Source: Thermodesulfobacteriota bacterium
GTDB lineage: Bacteria > Desulfobacterota > BSN033 > UBA1163
Direction of reading: 5' to 3'
Assembly (NCBI GenBank): GCA_026415035.1
Contig: JAOAHX010000013.1
Span: forward strand, 13,717 to 77,716
Length of the DNA stretch: 64,000 nucleotides
The position numbers were made by a program, and so were the translations under genes. Positions 56,183 to 64,000 of this stretch are shown piece by piece. The notes under the pieces were generated by a model that was not told the DNA's origin, made no database searches, and was given only the letters and a program-made list of their open reading frames with translations. The stretch's first letter is position 1, and each line of letters starts with the position of its first letter.

Positions 56183-56251
56183 GAGCCCCCTCCTTTCCGC
56201 TACTTAAACAAAATGATCCGAAAACCATCTCCAAATTCGTAAATCGAAGAT

Positions 56252-56797
56252 TCATTTCGCTGGAGGGCCTTTAAGCCCGATATTGTGAAGCGTTTCAAGA
56301 AGCAGGCTTCGCTTCTCGGAATACGCATCCGAGAAGAGGGGTGAACATTTCTCGATCTCCGTCTGCCCCCGTAACAATTTAAAGGCAAAGGCCTGACAAC
56401 TCAAAAGTCCACATTCTTTACAGTTCGTTCCCGGAAGCAGCTTGACGATATCCGTCGGCTTCAGTTCCTGTCTCATGGTGTAGTCTGGATGGATCTTATC
56501 CCGATTCCGATAGGTCTCGTTCACCAGGTCCTGAAGCCACTGGAGGAGCGACACCGCCTCCTTCTCGTCATCGATTTTAGTCAGGGTGATATGGTGGGCA
56601 TGAAGGGTGATCAACTTTTCGCCTTTCTTAATCGTCAGCGTCAACGCTGGATGATTAAAAAGACACCCTTTGAGGGTGGCATTTAAATAGGGGAAGGCCT
56701 CGTAAATCTCCCCCGCCACCTCCGCAATGACGCGAATCTTCTCCGGGTCCGCAACACATGGAAGGATGCGAGTGATTTTGTAAGATTGGAAGAGCAT
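56252..56797 (-). CDS. Protein with a C-terminal 'putative Fe-S cluster' domain (PF04060-like, as in CdhD/AcsC N-termini)
   Basis: LLPGTNCKECGLLSCQAFAFKLL....C motif. The N-terminal 120 aa are unknown. No SD upstream. Confidence 0.5.
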   Translation of the reverse strand: MLFQSYKITRILPCVADPEKIRVIAEVAGEIYEAFPYLNATLKGCLFNHPALTLTIKKGEKLITLHAHHITLTKIDDEKEAVSLLQWLQDLVNETYRNRDKIHPDYTMRQELKPTDIVKLLPGTNCKECGLLSCQAFAFKLLRGQTEIEKCSPLFSDAYSEKRSLLLETLHNIGLKGPPAK

Positions 56798-56860
56798 AGG
56801 GGCCGATTGTATTTTTCGTCTCTTTTTTCAGGTTGCCCGAAGCTTAACAGGGATGACCTG

Positions 56861-57010
56861 TCACTGCTCCCGTGTCGCCCGATCGACCTGCGGTTTCAAT
56901 ACCTCTTTCAAAAAGAGATAGGCATCCTCTCTGTCCTCATCCAGCAAGATTTTGACCCTCCTGAGCAACTCTCCGGAGCCCAAGGTGATCTCGAGAGGTT
57001 TGACGATCAT
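56861..57010 (-). CDS. Candidate unannotated small ORF (49 aa), translationally coupled to the upstream Trx-like gene
   Basis: ATG at 57010-57008 overlaps the upstream TGA (ATGA). GGAGGAG RBS 5 nt upstream. It lies in an otherwise unexplained 210-nt intra-operon gap. Confidence 0.35.
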   Translation of the reverse strand: MIVKPLEITLGSGELLRRVKILLDEDREDAYLFLKEVLKPQVDRATREQ

Positions 57011-57561
57011 CCACTCTCCTCCATCAGCCATTTAATAATCATCGATCTTGTGGGAATGGTCCCCTGGGATTTGACCTTCCCGTTGATGATCAGGGCTGGC
57101 ATGGGGATGTTGCCATATTGGCTTCTCAGCGAGGGATCCTTAATATATTGGAACCCCGCCCGGAGCCCGGTCTCTGCAAGGGCCTGAATCACCTCTTGCT
57201 CGAGCTGATTGCAGGAGAAACATCCTAACCCCAATAAGATGACCTCGAGAAAATCCTTTTTCTCTTCAGGCAATTCTTCCCCGAGGAATTTTTTAAATTC
57301 CCGAAAAAGGGCCTTTTTATATTCCTCTTCCATGGTGGAAGGGACATAGTTTTTCTCCCTGACTTTCTCGAGGAGCTTCTGCTTCAGGGCAGGCTCCTCC
57401 GTTCTCTTTTCGTCCCTGAGTTCTTCAAAGATCTCCTGAAGACCACTCAAACCGACCTGGGCGTTTCCCACCAGGACAAGTCTGTAATCTTTTCCTTCCA
57501 TACCCTTACCCTCATTTCGACGGCGCTCCCCGGTTGGGTGTCCGGAGTCTGAGACCCTCAC
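57007..57561 (-). CDS. Thioredoxin-fold 'redox-active disulfide protein 2'-like protein with a roughly 100-aa N-terminal extension
   Basis: C-terminal GLGCFSCNQ...ALIINGKV. GTG start overlapping the upstream stop (GTGA). An alternative internal start is at 57501. Confidence 0.6.
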   Translation of the reverse strand: MRVSDSGHPTGERRRNEGKGMEGKDYRLVLVGNAQVGLSGLQEIFEELRDEKRTEEPALKQKLLEKVREKNYVPSTMEEEYKKALFREFKKFLGEELPEEKKDFLEVILLGLGCFSCNQLEQEVIQALAETGLRAGFQYIKDPSLRSQYGNIPMPALIINGKVKSQGTIPTRSMIIKWLMEESG

Positions 57562-57791
57562 CTAATCCAGGCCTTGATCTCCTCTATTTGGGGCACCTTT
57601 CCAGCGATTTTGACGACGCCATCCACCACCAGGGCAGGGGTCACGAGGACGCCGTAGTTGGTGATCGTTTTGATATCCTGAACCTTAATCACTTCGGCCT
57701 CGATGCCAAGCTCTTTCACGGCCTCTTTGGCCCGCTCTTCGAGCTGATTGCATTTGGCGCATCCCATTCCGAGGATCTCGATCTTCTTCAT
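57558..57791 (-). CDS. Redox-active disulfide protein 2 (small thioredoxin-fold protein)
   Basis: MKKIEILGMGCAKCNQ...PALVVDGV. AGGAGG RBS 6 nt upstream. 77 aa. Confidence 0.7.
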   Translation of the reverse strand: MKKIEILGMGCAKCNQLEERAKEAVKELGIEAEVIKVQDIKTITNYGVLVTPALVVDGVVKIAGKVPQIEEIKAWIR

Positions 57792-57801
57792 AGATGGCCT
57801 C

Positions 57802-58839
57802 CTATTCGAAAAGATATCCAAAGCCCAATCCGGTCACCGTCGCCATGAGGATGACGAGGAAAATATAGGTGAGCCCCTTCTTGAATCCCATCACGCGGAC
57901 GATCACGATCATACTGGGCAGACTTAAGGCAGGCCCTGCTAACAGGAGAGCAAGGGCCGGTCCTCTGCCCATTCCCATATCGAGGAAAGCTCTGATAATG
58001 GGGACCTCTGTCAGCGTGGCGAAATACATGAGGGCTCCCACGACAGAAGCGATGAGGTTGGAGCGGAGGGAATTTCCCCCTACCCATTGTTGGATAAGAC
58101 TTTCTGGAATAAGGGCTTTGATCATCCCTGCGGCAAAAACCCCGATGAGGAGCCAGGGCGCGATCAATTTGACGAAGCCCCAGGTGGCTGAGAACCATTC
58201 TTTGACCTCTTCCCGGTCATACCAGCTCTTTAAAGCGACCAAGAGAACCAAAAAGGATATCCCTGTTAAAATCCATTCCTTCTGCGAGGCAAAGACCAGT
58301 ATCCCTATTAAGGAGGCAAAATAGACAAGAAGGACAGGCCCTTTCTTTCCTCCCTCGGGAATGCCCAGGACCAACGATTGGTCCCTCTTTTCCTTTTCCT
58401 CCTTATGGAAGAGCAAGGCCATGATGAGACCGATGACGATGGAGAAGGCCACCGCCCCGATTGCCCTCCCCGCCCCGAGGTCCAGGCCTAACAACCTTGC
58501 CGAATAGACGATGGCGAGCACATTGATGGCCGGGCCGGAGTAAAGAAAAGTGGTCGCAGGTCCGATTCCCGCCCCCCTTTGATAAATGCCTGAAAACAAG
58601 GGCAACACCGTGCAGGAGCAGACCGCGAGAACGGATCCTGAAACGGAGGCGACTCCATAGGATAACACCCGGTTGGCTTTTGCTCCAAAATACTTCAGCA
58701 CCGAAGCCTGCGAGACGAAGACCCCGATGGCCCCGGCGATAAAAAAAGCGGGGACCAGACAGGTCAGGACATGGGCCGATAGGTAATCGAGAAACGTCTC
58801 CCATCCACTTTTGAGAATATCGGCGAGCAATGATTTCAC
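57802..58839 (-). CDS. arsP: ArsP-type permease (DUF318/PF03773 family), putative organoarsenical efflux permease
   Basis: 345 aa with 8-10 TM helices. Conserved CSC motif (LAVCSCTVLP) in a TM helix, as in the ArsP TPFcSCS motif. Confidence 0.7.
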   Translation of the reverse strand: MKSLLADILKSGWETFLDYLSAHVLTCLVPAFFIAGAIGVFVSQASVLKYFGAKANRVLSYGVASVSGSVLAVCSCTVLPLFSGIYQRGAGIGPATTFLYSGPAINVLAIVYSARLLGLDLGAGRAIGAVAFSIVIGLIMALLFHKEEKEKRDQSLVLGIPEGGKKGPVLLVYFASLIGILVFASQKEWILTGISFLVLLVALKSWYDREEVKEWFSATWGFVKLIAPWLLIGVFAAGMIKALIPESLIQQWVGGNSLRSNLIASVVGALMYFATLTEVPIIRAFLDMGMGRGPALALLLAGPALSLPSMIVIVRVMGFKKGLTYIFLVILMATVTGLGFGYLFE

Positions 58840-58844
58840 CCTCT

Positions 58845-59162
58845 TTACAGGGAACGCATGAGCCGGTTCTGTTCGTGTACCCGGTTTTTCAGAACGATGC
58901 TGATGCTATCCAAAATTTCGAAGACCTTTGGATCCTTGACCTTCACCATCACCTTGACCCCGTCCTTTCGGGTGGTGACAAGCTGGCTCTTCTGCATCAG
59001 GGAAATGTGGCGGGAGACGTTGGACTGCTCCCCTTTAACGGCCGGGACAATTTCGCAGATGCATTTCTCTCCATTTCTTAGAAATTCCAGTATCTTTAAG
59101 CGAGTGGGCTGGGCAAGGGCCTTTAAGATCTCTGCCTTCATCTCGAGAACCCTTTCCTCCAT
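58845..59162 (-). CDS. arsR: ArsR/SmtB-family metalloregulator
   Basis: 'LAQPTRLKILEFL' and the CxC metalloid site (KCICEIV). HTH 'SNVSRHISLMQKSQLV'. Strong RBS. Confidence 0.85.
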   Translation of the reverse strand: MEERVLEMKAEILKALAQPTRLKILEFLRNGEKCICEIVPAVKGEQSNVSRHISLMQKSQLVTTRKDGVKVMVKVKDPKVFEILDSISIVLKNRVHEQNRLMRSL

Positions 59163-59257
59163 ACCTCACCTCCTCCTTGCATATATGAATCATTAATCAT
59201 ATAATCCAAAAAACATAAAAGGTCAATCGGCCACCGTGCGAAACCTTCCACAATCCT

Positions 59258-59286
59258 TTGAAAGTGCCGTCCGTTGTTTGTATAAT
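59258..59286 (+). promoter_or_regulatory. Near-consensus sigma70 promoter TTGAAA-17-TATAAT immediately upstream of the DsbD-like gene (possibly leaderless)
   Basis: Hexamers at 59258-59263 and 59281-59286. The ATG at 59294 lies about 7-8 nt downstream of the -10. Confidence 0.5.
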
Positions 59287-59293
59287 TTATCTA

Positions 59294-60850
59294 ATGAAGA
59301 GAGCCATCCTCATTCTCTCCGCCTTTATTTTTATTCTTTTTGGGATCACCCCCGGGATTCCACAGACCAACCCTCCAAAGGGCCAAATCTACTATTTTTA
59401 CTCGCAGGATTGTGAACCCTGTAAAACGATCTACCAGAGTTATTTACCGACCCTTAAAACGGTTTATCCTTTCCTTGAAATTCAGGCCTTCGACGTCGGA
59501 GACCCGATCCATTACGAAGCCCTTTTGAAGCTGGAAAAACGATTCGGCAAAAGGGAAAGCGAACTGCCCGTCCTCCTGATCGGAGATCATTTCCTCTCAG
59601 GCGAGAGGGAGGTGATGGAGAGGCTTGACCCTCTGCTGATGGAGTACCAGGCAAAAGGCGGAATCCCCCCGGTTTCTCTTGACCTTCCCTCGGGGATCGC
59701 TTCAACCCCACCCCAAAGGGCCGAAATCTCCCTTTCTCTCACGTACTTTCATCAGAAGGGATGCCCAAAATGTGACCGGGCCAATGCCCTGCTGAAATAC
59801 CTCGTCGGAAAGTATCCCGGGCTCAAGGTCGAGGCGATCGACCTCAACACCCCTGAGGGCAAACGCCTCAACGAGGTCCTTTCAAACCGTCTTCAAGTCC
59901 CCTCTGAAAAGAGGCTCCTCGCACCGGCCATCTTCATCGGCAACGAATATCTCCCGCCCGAAGAGATCGAGTTGTCCAGGCTGGAAACGCTCCTCGCCAA
60001 GTATTCGTCCGATCCCTCATCAACTCCCCCCTTCGCTTCCAGGGGGCCCTCGGTCCCCACCCAGGAGGAGATCGCAAAAGCCGAAGAGACCATGATCGAA
60101 CGGTTCAAATCTTTTGGGCTACCCGCCATCCTGGTCGCCGGTTTGGTCGAAGGGCTCAATCCCTGCGCCCTTGCCACGCTCGTCTTCTTCATCTCCTACC
60201 TCACCATGATCGGCCAGGGACGAAAACAAATCTTGATGGTGGGATTGGGTTTTTCAGGATCGGCCTTCTTGACCCATCTCCTATTGGGGTTGGGACTCCT
60301 CGGGTTTATCCAGCACCTCTCCTTCCTTCCCGTCCTCTCCCGTGCCATCTATCTGGTCACCTTCTTGTTGAGCCTCTTTCTTGCCATCTTAAGCCTCTAT
60401 GATTACATCCAGTTGAAAAAAGGGAAGCCCTCAAAGATGAAACTCCAAGCCCCTGATTTTCTCAAGAGGAGGATCCATAAGGTCATCCGGGCGAGGGGGG
60501 CGGGGTTGGAGACGATTCCGGAGGGCCAACCGCTTCGGCTCCTCCTGGTCGCCATCGCCTTAGGCTTCCTCGTCACCCTCTTCCTTTCCACCTGCACGAG
60601 CCAAGTTTATCTTCCAACGCTCCTCTTCGTCACCCAATTCTCCGCGCTCAGGGAAAAGGCCCTCTTCTACCTGGTGTTATACAATCTCGTCTATGTCCTT
60701 CCCCTGCTGGGGATCTTCGGGATCGTCTATTGGGGGGTCACCTCTCAACAACTCGCTCTCTTCCTTCAGAGAAGGGCTTCCACCCTAAAACTCATAACGG
60801 CCCTCTTCTTCTTCGCTCTCGCCGGAATATTGATTTTTACCTTATTATGA
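59294..60850 (+). CDS. Thiol:disulfide interchange membrane protein (DsbD/CcdA-type transmembrane domain) with two N-terminal thioredoxin/glutaredoxin-like domains
   Basis: Signal/TM, then CEPC and CPKC CxxC motifs, then a CcdA-like domain (LNPCA ... LSTCTSQ). The ORF-track start at 59258 lies inside the promoter and was rejected. Confidence 0.7.
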   Translation: MKRAILILSAFIFILFGITPGIPQTNPPKGQIYYFYSQDCEPCKTIYQSYLPTLKTVYPFLEIQAFDVGDPIHYEALLKLEKRFGKRESELPVLLIGDHFLSGEREVMERLDPLLMEYQAKGGIPPVSLDLPSGIASTPPQRAEISLSLTYFHQKGCPKCDRANALLKYLVGKYPGLKVEAIDLNTPEGKRLNEVLSNRLQVPSEKRLLAPAIFIGNEYLPPEEIELSRLETLLAKYSSDPSSTPPFASRGPSVPTQEEIAKAEETMIERFKSFGLPAILVAGLVEGLNPCALATLVFFISYLTMIGQGRKQILMVGLGFSGSAFLTHLLLGLGLLGFIQHLSFLPVLSRAIYLVTFLLSLFLAILSLYDYIQLKKGKPSKMKLQAPDFLKRRIHKVIRARGAGLETIPEGQPLRLLLVAIALGFLVTLFLSTCTSQVYLPTLLFVTQFSALREKALFYLVLYNLVYVLPLLGIFGIVYWGVTSQQLALFLQRRASTLKLITALFFFALAGILIFTLL

Positions 60851-60899
60851 GGGATAAGTATTCAATAATCCTTCATCTCAAAGAACTCGAGGAGGTGGC

Positions 60900-61799
60900 A
60901 TGAGACAGAAAATCATTCTCTTGGGAGTCGTCGCGGCCCTCTTGGCAGGCGCTCTCCTCTTTTACTTCTTCTATCTCCAGCATCCGAGCCGTCAGGTCCT
61001 TGCCCAGGTCAACGGGGAGAAGATCACCCTGCTTCAATTCAACAAGGAATTGGAAAAAGTGGACTCTCCCCTCAAAGAGATGCTTCGAGAGGATCCCCAA
61101 CAATTCCTCGAAGGCCTGATCATGCAGAGGATTCTTCTTCAAGAGGCCAAAAAAGAGGGGATCACCCCTCCCCTGAAAACCTATAAGGATACGGATAAGG
61201 AGGGGCGATCGCCAGAAGAGATCCTGGTCGGTGAACTGATGAAGAAGAAATTCTCTACGCCCCCGCCTGTGACCAAAGAAGAAATCGCGGCCCTCTACCC
61301 CGTCGTGAAGGATCGGCTGGGCGGACAACCTTTCGAGAAGGTCTCTCCCTTCCTGGAAGAGTTAATCCGGCAGGCCAAACAGGAGGAGGCGATGAAGAGG
61401 TATGTCACTCAGCTTCGAACCGCGGCCAAAGTCGAGATCGACCAGATTCGCCTCCAGAAGATCGCCCTCAAGCCTCCGGAATCGAATACCGAAGAGGAGT
61501 TCAAGAAGGCCCTTGCCGGCGGAAGACCTTTGCTCGTCGATTTCGGTGCCAACTCCTGCCTCCCCTGCCGTCAGCTGCGACCGATTCTTAAGGAACTCGA
61601 AAAGGAATTTGCAGGAAAGGCAGAAATTCTGGTCATCGATGTCTATAAGTATCAGAATCTCGCCAGGGAATATAAAATTGTGGCCCTGCCGACCCTCGTC
61701 TTTTTCGACCCCAAAGGGAAAGAGGTCTTTCGACAACCAGGCGCGATGAGCAAAGAACAGATCTCCGCAAAGCTCAAAGAGCTCGGGGCGGGAACCTAA
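60900..61799 (+). CDS. Periplasmic thioredoxin-domain protein with an N-terminal SurA-N-like chaperone domain
   Basis: N-terminal TM/signal. C-terminal Trx fold with CLPC (LVDFGANSCLPCRQL). 299 aa. Confidence 0.65.
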   Translation: MRQKIILLGVVAALLAGALLFYFFYLQHPSRQVLAQVNGEKITLLQFNKELEKVDSPLKEMLREDPQQFLEGLIMQRILLQEAKKEGITPPLKTYKDTDKEGRSPEEILVGELMKKKFSTPPPVTKEEIAALYPVVKDRLGGQPFEKVSPFLEELIRQAKQEEAMKRYVTQLRTAAKVEIDQIRLQKIALKPPESNTEEEFKKALAGGRPLLVDFGANSCLPCRQLRPILKELEKEFAGKAEILVIDVYKYQNLAREYKIVALPTLVFFDPKGKEVFRQPGAMSKEQISAKLKELGAGT

Positions 61800-61926
61800 T
61801 TTTAGAGCGCGAGGGGATAAGGTCCCACCTGGGAGGGACGGTTTCCTTCGATTCCCTCTCCCATCCGGATGAGCCGATCTCACCTCCCTCCGACCCTCTG
61901 GGGTTGACCTCATCCCCCTCTTCTTT

Positions 61927-62490
61927 ATGGATTACCTCACCCTGCTTCTTGTAGCCTTTGGATTATCGATGGATGCCTTTGCGGTCTCGGTCACCAACGG
62001 CATGACCATCCTCCGACATCAGCGAGCGAATCGGGCGCTGAAAATAGGGGTTTTTTTCGGTTCCTTCCAGGCCTTGATGCCCTTGATCGGCTGGTCCATC
62101 GGGCTCGGGCTGAAAGACCTCATCTCGAGCGTCGACCATTGGGTGGCCTTCGGGCTCCTCAGCCTGATCGGCTTGAAGATGATCTACGAATCGACGAAGA
62201 TGGGGGGAGAAAAAACCGAGAAGGCCTCTCTAAGCCTCTGGGTGCTCCTTATGCTTTCGATCGCCACCAGCATCGACGCCTTCGCGGTTGGGATCAGCTT
62301 TGCCATCCTGGACCTTTCGATCGTGGCGCCGATCCTCCTCATCGGAACCGTGACTTTCGGCGTATCCTTCCTCGGCGTCTTTATCGGAAACAAGACGGGT
62401 CACTTCTTCGAGAAGAAGATCGAGGTCATAGGGGGGCTTATTTTAATCGGCATCGGCCTCAAGATCCTGATCGAACATTTAGGACTCTAA
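61927..62490 (+). CDS. mntP: Manganese efflux pump MntP
   Basis: Two DAFAV motifs (SMDAFAVS, SIDAFAVG). 187 aa with 6 TM helices. Confidence 0.85.
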   Translation: MDYLTLLLVAFGLSMDAFAVSVTNGMTILRHQRANRALKIGVFFGSFQALMPLIGWSIGLGLKDLISSVDHWVAFGLLSLIGLKMIYESTKMGGEKTEKASLSLWVLLMLSIATSIDAFAVGISFAILDLSIVAPILLIGTVTFGVSFLGVFIGNKTGHFFEKKIEVIGGLILIGIGLKILIEHLGL

Positions 62491-62493
62491 TCG

Positions 62494-63126
62494 ATGGGAA
62501 AGAAGAGAGAGAAGGAGGTTGAAGAAGGCGAGTTCAGGGAGCTCATCCAATTTACCTTGGGCGGCTTCATCGGAGGATTTCTCCTCGGGGTCTTCTTAGA
62601 CCTTCTCAATTTCCAACGCAGTGCCATAGGCCAGTGGCTCGTCCGAACCCTTTCCGGAGAGGGAGAAAGCCTCTTTGAAGGCATTTATGCCCTCCGTCAG
62701 CGATGGCGCAGGGCATCGAATTCTATGGCGGAAGCCTATGGATGGGGAAAACTTGCCGGCATGGCCCTCCCATGGTTCATCGACTGGGGTAGCCGGTTGG
62801 TCGGGGTCGATGTCTATGGGATTGAAGGATTTTATATCCCTTACTTCTATGCCCTCAGTGACCAAATGGGTGCCAATCTCTCCGGATTAATTTTCCTCCG
62901 TCGGAAAGAAGGGGCCTGGTCAAGGGCGTTGGGGGAGTATGTCCGCCATCCCGTGATGCTCACCAGCCTTTTGATTATCCTCATCGTCCCTCTGGGCCTT
63001 TTGGGCGCCAGACTCATAGGGTTTAGCCCCACCACCCAAACCTTTACCGCCCTGGAGACGATCGCGGCCAACCTCTGCTGGCTCCCGCCCCTGGTAGGTT
63101 GGATTCAGGAGAAGAAAGAAATATGA
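62494..63126 (+). CDS. Hypothetical membrane protein
   Basis: 210 aa with 3-4 hydrophobic segments. Starts 4 nt after mntP. No recognisable motif. Confidence 0.4.
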   Translation: MGKKREKEVEEGEFRELIQFTLGGFIGGFLLGVFLDLLNFQRSAIGQWLVRTLSGEGESLFEGIYALRQRWRRASNSMAEAYGWGKLAGMALPWFIDWGSRLVGVDVYGIEGFYIPYFYALSDQMGANLSGLIFLRRKEGAWSRALGEYVRHPVMLTSLLIILIVPLGLLGARLIGFSPTTQTFTALETIAANLCWLPPLVGWIQEKKEI

Positions 63127-63179
63127 GCACAATTGCACCTAAAATCTCCTTTCGGGCCCATGAGAGGAGGGTTTACGAG

Positions 63180-63725
63180 ATGGTGAAGATCACCGGCGCT
63201 CTTATGTGTTCAATCCTTTTGGTAGGAATTATCATGGCCCCGGCCGAGGCCAAAACGGCCAATACGATCAATGCGGAGGTCAATGCTGCCTTGAAGCTCT
63301 TCGAGCAGAAGGTCAAGGGAGGCAGGGAATTTCTGCAGGCGGCCCGGGGCGTCCTCGTGATCCCCAACCTCGTCAAGGCGGGCCTCGGAATCGGAGGGAT
63401 GTACGGGGAAGGGGCGCTGAGGGTCGGCGGCAAGACGGTGGCCTATTACAGCCTCGCAGGAGGCTCTGTGGGATTTCAGATCGGAGCCCAGAAGACCCAT
63501 CTGCTCCTCGTTTTTATGGATGAAGAAGCGCTCAAGCAGTTCCGGAGGGGCTCGGGTTGGAAAGCGGGGGTTGACGGCTCTGTCGCCTTCATCGATGTCG
63601 GAGCCGGAAAATCCCTGGATACCCTGAACATCAAGGACCCCATCGTTGCCTTCCTCTTCGGCCAGAAGGGGTTGATGGCAAACGCAACGGTGGAGGGCTC
63701 CAAATTCACCCGGTTGACCAAATGA
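63180..63725 (+). CDS. SYLF (Ysc84/DUF500)-domain lipid-binding protein with a signal peptide
   Basis: Signal peptide 'ITGALMCSILLVGIIMAPAEA', then the SYLF-like core (GGREFLQAARGVLVIPNLVKAGLGIGGMYGEGAL...). GAGGAGGG RBS. Confidence 0.5.
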   Translation: MVKITGALMCSILLVGIIMAPAEAKTANTINAEVNAALKLFEQKVKGGREFLQAARGVLVIPNLVKAGLGIGGMYGEGALRVGGKTVAYYSLAGGSVGFQIGAQKTHLLLVFMDEEALKQFRRGSGWKAGVDGSVAFIDVGAGKSLDTLNIKDPIVAFLFGQKGLMANATVEGSKFTRLTK

Positions 63726-63876
63726 CCCGAGCAAGAAGGACAATTGCCTTCGGTTTTCCCAGCCAGAGGTTCCCTCTCCAAAAGACTCAAAGGGAAGAGA
63801 CCCAACCGGCGTTTTAGATGATCCTGCCTCCGAGGAAAAAATCTCTCGGGCAAAGCCCCAGACCCTTAATAAGTTG

Positions 63877-63905
63877 TTGACTTTTTTGAACTATTTCAAT
63901 AGACT
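63877..63905 (+). promoter_or_regulatory. Putative sigma70 promoter TTGACT-17-TAGACT near the window end
   Basis: Hexamers at 63877-63882 and 63900-63905. The downstream gene is outside the window. Confidence 0.35.
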
Positions 63906-64000
63906 CTAATCGGAAAGGGGGTAGCCTCTGGGCAGGGGCCTTCCAATCTTCTCTAAGAGGACTTTTTCAGAAGTCCCATGAATCCAATACCTCTCGTGAT

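Noticed and set aside
1-64000. Looked for tRNA/rRNA genes and CRISPR arrays
   Set aside because: No intergenic segment shows a tRNA-like GTTCGA/T-loop signature, rRNA-like conserved tracts, or regularly spaced direct repeats.

Overview
This is a 64-kb window of high-GC (about 60%) bacterial chromosome. The many long antisense ORFs in the six-frame track are the usual artefacts of GC-rich DNA. Coding density is high. Two low-GC patches coincide with toxin-antitoxin modules. I found no rRNA, tRNA or CRISPR array.

From 5' to 3' the window contains:

- **1-4.4 kb:** the 3' end of a CoxM/CoxS/CoxL-type molybdenum hydroxylase operon, translationally coupled to a PreA/dihydroorotate-dehydrogenase-like flavo-FeS gene.
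- **4.4-13.8 kb:** an autoregulated GntR (FCD) regulator, a TRAP transporter (DctP, DctQ and DctM homologues) and an imino-acid-type catabolic set. The set comprises an FAD oxidoreductase, an ornithine-cyclodeaminase-family enzyme, a P5C dehydrogenase and an ALDH7-type P6C dehydrogenase.
- **14-20 kb:** a multi-PAS sensor histidine kinase, a HepT/MntA-like toxin-antitoxin pair, rubrerythrin, a DHDPS-family lyase and an AtoE-like transporter.
- **20.4-31.1 kb:** a conserved core block of thpR, recA, pilT, alaS, gltX and smc.
- **31.5-44.5 kb:** a Liv-type ABC transporter with an acyl-CoA synthetase gene embedded in it, and a second AMP-ligase. These are followed by a four-gene enzyme resembling class I benzoyl-CoA reductase or 2-hydroxyacyl-CoA dehydratase, with two HgdC/BcrAD-type ATPases flanking two HgdAB/BcrBC-type subunits.
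- **44.5-53 kb:** a pilin-like gene, a large unknown membrane protein, a membrane metallophosphoesterase, two tandem orphan response-regulator paralogues, cysE-iscU-(QueG-like), chrA, and a small promoter-terminator unit.
- **53-59.2 kb:** a truncated CPA2 antiporter abutting a second, degenerate HepT/MntA-like pair. Next to it is an arsenic/thiol-redox island on the minus strand: arsR, arsP, two Trx-like genes, an FeS-domain gene, a Grx-like gene and ACR3.
- **59.3-64 kb:** a DsbD/CcdA-type thiol-disulfide transporter with fused Trx-like domains, a periplasmic thioredoxin, mntP, and two small envelope proteins.

The most novel-looking elements are the BCR-like four-gene reductase locus together with its transporter and ligases, and the molybdenum hydroxylase coupled to the DHOD-like gene. 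Lesser candidates are the degenerate HepT toxins, two candidate small RNA or leader elements, and an unannotated translationally coupled small ORF inside the ars operon. All functional calls come from motif and family recognition by eye, with no database search. Start codons are chosen by RBS context and are approximate where noted.
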